A DNA stretch of 64,000 nt, from the NCBI GenBank assembly GCA_977017575.1, contig CDRNVI010000003.1, positions 1 through 64,000 of the forward strand, written 5' to 3'. The notes beneath the pieces were generated by a model. That model did no database searches, was not told the DNA's origin, and was given only the letters and a program-made list of their open reading frames with translations. Every line of letters begins with the position of its first letter. Within the stretch, counting starts at the first letter, position 1. Source of the DNA: Paramoeba atlantica (taxonomy: Eukaryota; Protista; Discosea). Position numbers and translations under genes: made by a program. This document shows, one piece after another, positions 56,251 through 64,000 of the stretch.

Positions 56251-57164
56251 TTTTGCACGTAGTTCCTTGCCAAAGAATTTAGGCGACATCATCGGAAGTC
56301 AGCTGTTTCATGCACAACCTGTATTTACTGTATGTGCAGCAAACCCGTTGTGCGCTTTCCACATTGATGCCCACGGCACTCAGCTTTTCCTTGAATGCAC
56401 GAGATATCTCCTCAATATTTTTAGGAGCGGTACATACGGGACATACAGGGGTGTAAACTTCCATCTGGGGGGGTCTAAAATGGTTGTTCTTTAATCTTCC
56501 CTGGCAAAGCATAAGAACGGGCGTTCGAAACACCATGAGAATTCCTTGAGCGAAGTCGCTTTTGGGGCGTAAAATGGGACAAAAATGAAAAATTGCCATA
56601 TTTTAACAAGAAAAAAAACATGTTTTTTTCTCATCTGGTTAAATCTTTCAAGCCGAGCGTTCCGAATACGCCAAAGACATACAACTCTGCGAGATCTCTC
56701 CAATGCGCTATTATTTTCCAAAATTGGACAATTTTTACAAAATTTAGATCCCCCCCAGATGGAAACCTGTATGTTGGCGGTGGCGGGCACGTTTTTGTAG
56801 TTACAGCGCAGGCATGTCTCTACATCCACAATGGTAGATGCTGTGTCTTCTGGTGCTTGACACACGAGACAGCGCCTAGGCGCCAACATGAAAAAAAAAC
56901 GTTTTCTTTTCGCATTCCGTACAGTACAGCTGCGGAAGAGAATCTTGCCCAGACATAGCCACAGAGGAGGAAATCATGATACAGAGTTTGCTTGGTAAAT
57001 TATTTTCTCTTCTTTTGTATTCAGAAACGTAATCTCAAAGAGTACCAATTTCAAAAATATTAATTAAAGAAAGATTTTTTTTGAAAATAATTTACCCAGT
57101 GCAACCTGTGCTACCCAGTGTTACCCATAGAAACTTCTAAAAAGGCGAACTTGTAGAAGGTCCA

Positions 57165-57235
57165 ATTACCGGACACTTTTGACCAAAAAGGGAGTGTCCC
57201 TTAATTAGGGTGTCCCGTAATAATGTTGCGCACTG
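57165..57235 (-). repeat. Tc1/mariner-type terminal inverted repeat (right-end type)
   Basis: GTGTCCCGTAATAATGTTGCGCACTG+TA matches the right end of the MITE at 61465-61829. Confidence 0.75.
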
Positions 57236-58216
57236 TACATTTAGAAATTCTTCCCAATAGTGGGTGTACCCCCCTTTATATCCTTGCGTTTCTTCAATTC
57301 TTTACTTTTGGTAGCCCATACATACATAAAAATTAGTCATCCGCTGCCATCCAGTGCCATCCAGATCTTTATAGTGTCCATTCGTTCCTGATCTTACGTT
57401 TCTCATGTCTCTGCTGTGACTCATTGCGAATGTCCGGTTGGGCTGCTCATCTGAAGGTTGGACGCCTTCATCGGATAGATTTTCCGATGAGTGTTCGGGA
57501 GCGCCTCTTGAGTCGTAGGAACTGCTTTCATCGCGTTTTTGTAATTTGCTTCAGTGCCATTTTTCAAAAATTTGAGAGATTAAAAGCCATGTAAATAATA
57601 AAAGTGTGTAAATATTAAGTGGGAGGGGGGTTTATTCTTTTCATCTCCCTCGCTCACTTTAGCCTGTTTTTTTGATGAAAAAATAAGGAAAAATGAGAAT
57701 CCATTCAATTTTTACGAAAAAAAGAGCTGCCAACGTGCACCAGGTCAATTCTGAAAATAGTGAAGAAAATTCGCAAAGAAGTGCTTTTTTACGCGGCAGT
57801 GTGCAACTGACCATTCTCAAAATTGGGACTTTTACTGTATACAACCACCGCAATTATCCAGAAATAAATGCTATCGTAAATACCTCTTCACCTGGAAACA
57901 TGGTTCAGGCACACAACATTGTCTTCACCCGGTACATTTGCCCAAATGGTTTCCACGTAAACTATAACTTAACCACGTAAACATTAACTTAACCGCAGAC
58001 TGTAAGATAAAATTCGCAATGGCAAGAAAAATTCCCAGACGCCAGAATCGTGCTGTATTCGCACGGACAGACGATAAAGTGAAGGCGTGTGCGGAAAGTT
58101 TCTACAGAAGATTTGCGAAAGCTCGTTCAATGGACTCTGTTGCAAAGCTCGATTTTTCTTGTGTAAAATCTTTAGATCCTAGGTGTAAATATTCGACGTT
58201 ACACGCTGTGTACTGC

Positions 58217-59119
58217 TTATCCATGTAGCTCATAATTCGATATGGCTTGATGGGGCCTTCCGTCGAAACCACAGTAACCGAAGTGTAGTACAGGTACCGA
58301 GACACCAGAGACTAGATTACCTTCATGATTATGAACACGGAGTAAGTCAAAATGAGTACCATGTTGTGTCTGACACTTTACGAGATAAGGAGTATCATTC
58401 TTTGTAACCTGCACAGATTCTTGCACTAACCTAGGGCTGAATTGAAAGACGGGACGGTCAGAGGTAAATGTACTCCGAGCAGCGACAAAGCGGGCTGCGT
58501 TAAACACAACACCAGTACTCCCGTGAGGTCCAGGTATCCCCCGCGTGTTTCGGTGAAACAATGAGGCAACCTCTTCGTTCAATATAGTAGAGGTATACTG
58601 TGCACAGTAAATATTTTCGAAACGCTTTTTACCAAATAACAACCACCACAGACCCTTGGCTCTATCCTCTATAGGAGTCGAACAGGACACGTGTATAGGA
58701 CAACGATGATGTAGAGAGGAGGGAAGGATATCAAGCAGATGCAGTCGCATGTTGCGTAGGATATGTTCTGTCGTGTGGTTAGGAGTTTCCGAAAAAAGCG
58801 CATGAGTACATTGCGCTAAAGAGAATGTAGAATCTAACGCGGTCCAACAAAGTTCAGCATCAATTTTGAGATGTGGTACCTCCGAACGGTTGAGCAAAGC
58901 GCGAAATGGCTCAAATAACATGCTGAGCGGATGCTTTTGGCGAGGCGTAATTCTACTATACGGACTAGGAAACGGAAATTTGATTTCTTGATAAGAAATG
59001 ACGCAAGGGATGCCGCAGGTAAGAGGTATTGTCATCCATTTGTTCTTTCGTATCCACGGAGTGTCAAGGGTCAGGTAATCCCATGTGGGAAGTCGGACAG
59101 GTGTTCTTCCAGGAATCAT
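58217..59119 (-). CDS. Hypothetical 300-aa protein, no recognised motif
   Basis: ATG-initiated 300-codon ORF in non-repetitive sequence; no family assignment possible by eye. Confidence 0.35.
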   Translation of the reverse strand: MIPGRTPVRLPTWDYLTLDTPWIRKNKWMTIPLTCGIPCVISYQEIKFPFPSPYSRITPRQKHPLSMLFEPFRALLNRSEVPHLKIDAELCWTALDSTFSLAQCTHALFSETPNHTTEHILRNMRLHLLDILPSSLHHRCPIHVSCSTPIEDRAKGLWWLLFGKKRFENIYCAQYTSTILNEEVASLFHRNTRGIPGPHGSTGVVFNAARFVAARSTFTSDRPVFQFSPRLVQESVQVTKNDTPYLVKCQTQHGTHFDLLRVHNHEGNLVSGVSVPVLHFGYCGFDGRPHQAISNYELHG

Positions 59120-59799
59120 TTTATAAGGGCTTAAAATAAAAAAAGCAAAGCGTAAAAATAAAAAGAAATAGAGATACCGTGACCCCCCCTTAGTTATCTG
59201 TCATTTTTGGTCCAAAATCGGATTTTTTTGATAAGTAGCGTACGTATCGAAAAAACTGCTCAAAGGGATGACTTATCCAAAAATCTCTGATCTCGAAATT
59301 TAGTAATCTGCTGGGGTCTTCAAGTTTTTTTTAGCACCACATGCTGCAGCATCAGTGAGTATGAATATACGAAACCCTTATACGCTCACAGTTGGGCCTT
59401 GCTCGCAAACGGGGACTTTTGCCTCCAGAAGTGGGCTTCGCTGACAGTTGGGCCTTGCTCGCAGACGGGGGCGTTGATTGCAGACTTGGGCTTCGCTGAC
59501 AGAACGCACTGCCCGTTCGATGAATTTTCATCGAATGCCCCCCCTGCCCCGCACCCTCAGGGGAGACACCCCATTACAGGGTACTCGCTCCCTACACACT
59601 CTCTGCACCATCCTATATAATAAATCCTAATAAAATCCTAATAAAATGTCGGCATGGGTTTCGCGCTGCAGCTCCTATAAATTTCGAACACTCATTCAGA
59701 TGAGTGGCTGCGGGTGGGGAGGTTTCACGAGGTTTCACCCGTAGCCCCTCAGATATGCAAAAGGAAAAAGAAATAAAAAATACAAAAAAATGCGAATAA

Positions 59800-60660
59800 T
59801 TTTAGGCTCTTCGTTAAACGCGGTGGTTGTTTTCAACTTAGAAGTCACTCATGCTGCGCGCTTCGCGTTGAAAACTACCGCCGCGTTTAACGAAGAGCCT
59901 AAAAAAGAAAATTTAGCCTGGAAAACGGAAAGATTATAGCCAAAAATAGTCGAATTTCGGGTACAAATCGGGTGATTTTCGCGTATTTTTGCTCTCAGAG
60001 CACTAAATCCGACATTTGCGCGTGGGAAATCACTAGTAGGCATGAATGGAAGCCTACCGAACGTATTGGGTAGAGAATGCGACTCCAACCATACCATTCT
60101 TTCGACACAAAAATGCCCCTTTAGGTCCGAAAAATACCTTTTCACCTTTTTTAATCAAAAATGGGTCATTTTGAGGGGCGCACCACGGTTCGAAGAAGGG
60201 ATACCTTGCGAAAACAACTGCGGATAAAGCTAGTGTAGGTCCCAAACTATCAAAATGCAATAGGGGAAACGATTTTGGAAAAATATTTTTTTTACCATTT
60301 TTTCCGCCAAGTTGAACTTTTTTTTTCCGAAAAAATCTGAACTTGGCGGACACGTCCTGCGGATACGCGGGGGGGTCACCCCCGGGTAGGGGGGTGGAAA
60401 ATGCGCGCCAAGACCCCGGCTACCCTTTCTGTGTTTTTTTTCGAAAACTAATTTTTTCGAAAAAATTTGCTCGACCATGACCCCCTGGACCCCCCCATGG
60501 ACCCCCTATTTTTTTCAATTTTTCAGTTTTGGACCACCGGAGCCCCCTTTTATATTTTTTTCTTCTATTATATTACTGTGTTCCCCTTTATATTTTCACT
60601 GTTTTTGTTCACTTTTTTTTCAATAATCGTGGGAAGAGCGGTAGTTTTACAACCACCGCA
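59800..60660. repeat. Full-length hairpin-ended dispersed repeat
   Basis: Long palindrome at the left end, GCGGTAGTTTTACAACCACCGCAAT at the right end. Confidence 0.87.
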
Positions 60661-60736
60661 ATGGTGTATTTGCGAATAATACGTGTATTGCGAATAATAA
60701 AAAAAATGCGAATAATATCTGTATAGTTGGTTTAAA

Positions 60737-60955
60737 AGGCTCTTCGTTAAACGCGGTGGTTGTTTTCAACTTAGAAGTCACTCATGCTGCGCGCTTCGCA
60801 TTGAAAACTACCACCGCGTTTCAAAAAAAAGTTTCCGAAAAAATCCGAACTTGACAGATCCGTCCTGCGGATACGAGGGGGGGTCACCTCCGGGTAGGGG
60901 GGTGGAAAATGCGCGCGGAATAATTGCGGTAGTTATACAACCACCGCAATTATTA
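60737..60955. repeat. Short internally deleted hairpin-ended repeat retaining both termini
   Basis: Left palindrome plus terminal AATTGCGGTAGTTATACAACCACCGCAATT. Confidence 0.8.
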
Positions 60956-61464
60956 GTCTAATAACTGTGTACACTGTATCTCCCTGCACGAAGTTCTCTC
61001 CGAGCTAGCAAGATCAAAGACAATTGTAAACTACTCTGTATATTTTAGTTTAAAGTAGCTACAGGGGGGAAATTAAGTTATGTCAACAAAAGTCGTGTTA
61101 ATTTCTGAGATTAGCACGACTTATGTTGACACATCTTATGTTGCGACAACATATGTTCACTTTTTTACCAAACTTTACCAATCCTTATTGTTTGTTAGAA
61201 AAACACGCCCATTGAAGAACATTTTCATTTAGTCACTCATTTTACAAAGAAAATTGGAAACTTCAAACGCAATAAAATATTTATTAGAGCACGGGTCCAT
61301 TTACAGAAGATTCCAAAAATATATATTACAATTTACAAAAGACAATTACCAATCAATCGAGTGACATTTTGTAGCGGAACTCGCGCTCTTTAGCCGCTCG
61401 GACTATCAAAGGTGACCGTTTTAAGATGTGTCATCATGAACTTTTCCTCTAGGAAAGAAGGGTA

Positions 61465-61829
61465 CAGTGCGGGATTTTATTACGGGACACGCTAATTACG
61501 GGACAACTCAATTACGGGACAACTCAATTACGGGACACTTAATTAAGGGACACTTGGGTCTTGGAGTGAGTTTCGCTCCCACTTCCTGGAACGAAGTGTG
61601 TAGGATCAGGCTAGGCCGGCGTATTCTCCGCAAAACAGTTTTACATGCCCAAATAAGCAGTGTATAAAAATAACAAAAAATATAACAACAGAACCTTTAG
61701 TACAATCACTCACTACATTTCACAGATCATCTCACAGGTCAAAGCTAAGGGACACTTAATTACGGGACACTTTTGACCAAAAAGGGGGTCTCCCTTAATT
61801 AAGGTATCCCGTAATAATGTTCCGCACTG
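61465..61829. mobile_element. Tc1/mariner-type MITE (365 bp)
   Basis: CAGTGCGG...CCGCACTG termini, TA on both sides, subterminal AATTACGGGACA repeats. Confidence 0.85.
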
Positions 61830-62043
61830 TACTGATTTGGGGTCTCTATGGAATTTAGGTCGCCCAAGACCTTCGCTTCAAGGGGGGTGAGCAAATATGC
61901 ATCCATTTTTTAAAAAAAGAAAACAAAATCTATTTTTTAACATACTTTTGTTCCTCACCACCTTTTTCGCATTAACACGACTTTTGTTGACACAACTTTT
62001 GTTGCTTCGACTTTGTTGCGATAACCTTTTTTCCCCCCTGTAA

Positions 62044-64000
62044 TTAGCAAGCATTAACCACTTCCTGTACCAATGTTAAGACCGAATCAAAGGCAAGATG
62101 GGAAAGCCTACACCAGTACGGAGCCAAACAGCCGATACCTCTATGTATTGAAGGAGTCGAAATGCCGTAAAGAACTTTACAATATTGAATTGGAGAAAGG
62201 GTCAACTCCTTTGCACTTTTTACCAAAGAACGTACACACGATTCATTCTCATTGCTGATTGTTTGGGAGTTAAGCATGTACATATAATTATCGGAAATAT
62301 CATCTTCGCCAGAACAACTTGGGCGAAGAGAACTCATGTAATGACTCAAAGACTCGTGAGATTTTTCAGAATCTTGATTCAAGAAAAGCGAAAGCAATAT
62401 TCGGTAAAGTTTATCTAATCGTGTGAAATCCAAAGCTCTACGATCAGAAAGCGCACGAACGAGATTACGAGATAGAAAGCTTAGTGTATCAACTTGAACA
62501 TCCTTTGAGAGAACTACACTAGGTAGTGGACGGTAAAATCGTACGTAAAGATTTCGTTCTTTTGCGTACTGCCGCAATCGCTCGGATAAATTGTCGTACT
62601 GCAGTTGGGTAACACAGCAAGCATGATAGAGATCAATTTGTTGAGCGGCCCCAGTTTGAAGAGCGCCTTCGAGTTCTTGCATATAGGATAAGAAATAATC
62701 GGGAATAGCTAGTTGATTAAGAATTGAACTAACCCCTATATCCTTTGTACACGCGGATGACAGAATAGATTTACGGAAGGATTGGCTGCGACGAGCGCAA
62801 AGTGTCGCAAGTGAAGCACGACAGGGGCCAATTCGTAGAGCAGAGGGCAACATGCGATATAAGATATAACATATTCCCATGACGTGGGATTCATCCACGT
62901 CCGCTACAACAGAGAGATCAGAAACATCAAGTGCGGCTTCAAAAGGATATTGAACTTTGCTCCTCTGATGGGAGGGTTTCATCAATCGTACGCAAAGTGC
63001 CTCGGCATGCGGACAATCCAAAGCAGGGGAAATAAAGCGCCTGAGATGATTGGCATAGGTTGCACGATCTATAATAACATGACAGTGTGAAATCTTACCG
63101 TCACGCCCAGCGCGTCCGATTTCTTGAATATATTCCTCTATGGAAGAGGGCATGTAAAAGTGAATTACGGCCCTAACGTCCGGTTTGTGAATACCCATAC
63201 CGAACGCTACGGTGGCCACGACGATTTGTGTATCATTCTTAAGAAACGATGATTGACATTCCATACGATTTTTGCGCGACATACCCGCATGATAACATCG
63301 AGCCAGAAAAGTGTGCTGCTTCGCCAAAAATGTCGCTACCTCTTCCGACAGTCGCTGTGTTGATACATATATAATTATGGATTCTGACGAATTAACGCTT
63401 TGAAGAATCGAAAGCAGCAAATCAAGCCTTTTTTGGAATAGAAACGAATTTTCCACGAAAACAGAGCCGTATGCGGAAGTATCCAATAGGTGAGAATGTA
63501 AAAGTAAATTGGTGCGTAGTGAGAGCTGAGAAACCACTGAGCACGGCTTCAACATACGTTGCAGGTCTTGCGTCACTCGGCAAGTAGCAGTGGCCGTCGT
63601 TGCCAATATAGGCTTTGTGGCCGTCAAAATTTCTTGGATACGTGAACACAAGCCCAAATAGCTAGGGCGAAACTCGTAACCCCACTGGCTAATACAATGA
63701 GCCTCATCAACACAAACAAAGGCGCATAACTCGCGAATCTGAAGCAGTCCCTGAAGAAATATTTGATCGGTCGAAAAGCGTTCCGGTGAAGTAAATACTA
63801 CGGCACACTTTCTCGAGCGTATGTTATTAAAAACATTTTCCGTTTTTCGCGAACCTGTCAGCACTACACCAGGAATAGAAGCAGGGAGATGACCAACTTG
63901 GTCATGCATCAACGAAACTAGAGGAGAAATCACTAAGCAGAAACACGAAGGATGGTGCTCTCGAAGGATGGCCACTGGAAGTTGATAACATAATGACTTT
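62044..64000 (-). CDS. RECQ: RecQ-family DNA helicase (possibly RECQ4-like), intronless, 5' part outside the window
   Basis: KSLCYQLP at the window edge, LVISPLVSLMHDQV, VDEAHCISQWGYEFRPSY, TATAT, YHAGM, VATVAFGMGIHKPDVRAVIH, YIQEIGRAGRDG. Confidence 0.95.
   Translation of the reverse strand, partial: KSLCYQLPVAILREHHPSCFCLVISPLVSLMHDQVGHLPASIPGVVLTGSRKTENVFNNIRSRKCAVVFTSPERFSTDQIFLQGLLQIRELCAFVCVDEAHCISQWGYEFRPSYLGLCSRIQEILTATKPILATTATATCRVTQDLQRMLKPCSVVSQLSLRTNLLLHSHLLDTSAYGSVFVENSFLFQKRLDLLLSILQSVNSSESIIIYVSTQRLSEEVATFLAKQHTFLARCYHAGMSRKNRMECQSSFLKNDTQIVVATVAFGMGIHKPDVRAVIHFYMPSSIEEYIQEIGRAGRDGKISHCHVIIDRATYANHLRRFISPALDCPHAEALCVRLMKPSHQRSKVQYPFEAALDVSDLSVVADVDESHVMGICYILYRMLPSALRIGPCRASLATLCARRSQSFRKSILSSACTKDIGVSSILNQLAIPDYFLSYMQELEGALQTGAAQQIDLYHACCVTQLQYDNLSERLRQYAKERNLYVRFYRPLPSVVLSKDVQVDTLSFLSRNLVRALSDRRALDFTRLDKLYRILLSLFLNQDSEKSHESLSHYMSSLRPSCSGEDDISDNYMYMLNSQTISNENESCVRSLVKSAKELTLSPIQYCKVLYGISTPSIHRGIGCLAPYWCRLSHLAFDSVLTLVQEVVNAC

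Noticed and set aside
33794-57235. One giant Tc1-type element bounded by the TIRs at 33794 and 57235
   Set aside because: It would cross, not nest within, the pogo and palindrome boundaries at 43911-45010; more likely the ends of separate copies.

Overview
This is eukaryotic DNA, almost entirely nested transposable elements. The only clear host gene is an intronless RecQ-family helicase at the right edge, which runs out of the window. The host is probably a kinetoplastid or other euglenozoan; this is inferred from a spliced-leader-like motif, a CRE/SLACS-type retrotransposon, a Merlin element and the lack of introns. The dominant elements are single-ORF non-LTR retrotransposons with an uncharacterised N-terminal domain plus APE, RT and RNase H. 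One copy is intact (27375-31976, 1533 aa); the rest are fragments. Also present: a ~390-nt structured non-tRNA SINE-like element, a CRE-like RT-RLE element, a Helitron Rep pseudogene, a ~0.9-kb hairpin-ended dispersed repeat (about ten copies or fragments), pogo, Merlin, hAT and Tc1-type DNA transposons, and a bacterial IS30-like transposase relic. Most striking: three different LINE families each carry a family-specific head-to-tail array of an 18-19-nt unit directly 5' of the ORF, with about 6, 20, 87 and 95 units. Where target-site duplications or host continuity can be read, the array lies inside the insertion. One SINE copy shows the same fourfold reiteration of its own 5'-terminal 20 nt. 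This suggests reiterative, telomerase-like copying of the 5'-terminal ~18-20 nt of the template during integration (inference, untested). The region also has a concentric architecture: an inverted duplication contains a pogo element, which is split by ~39 kb of nested sequence that includes a second inverted duplication. All calls were made by eye from the sequence and the ORF track; no searches were run, and coordinates of degenerate fragments are approximate.
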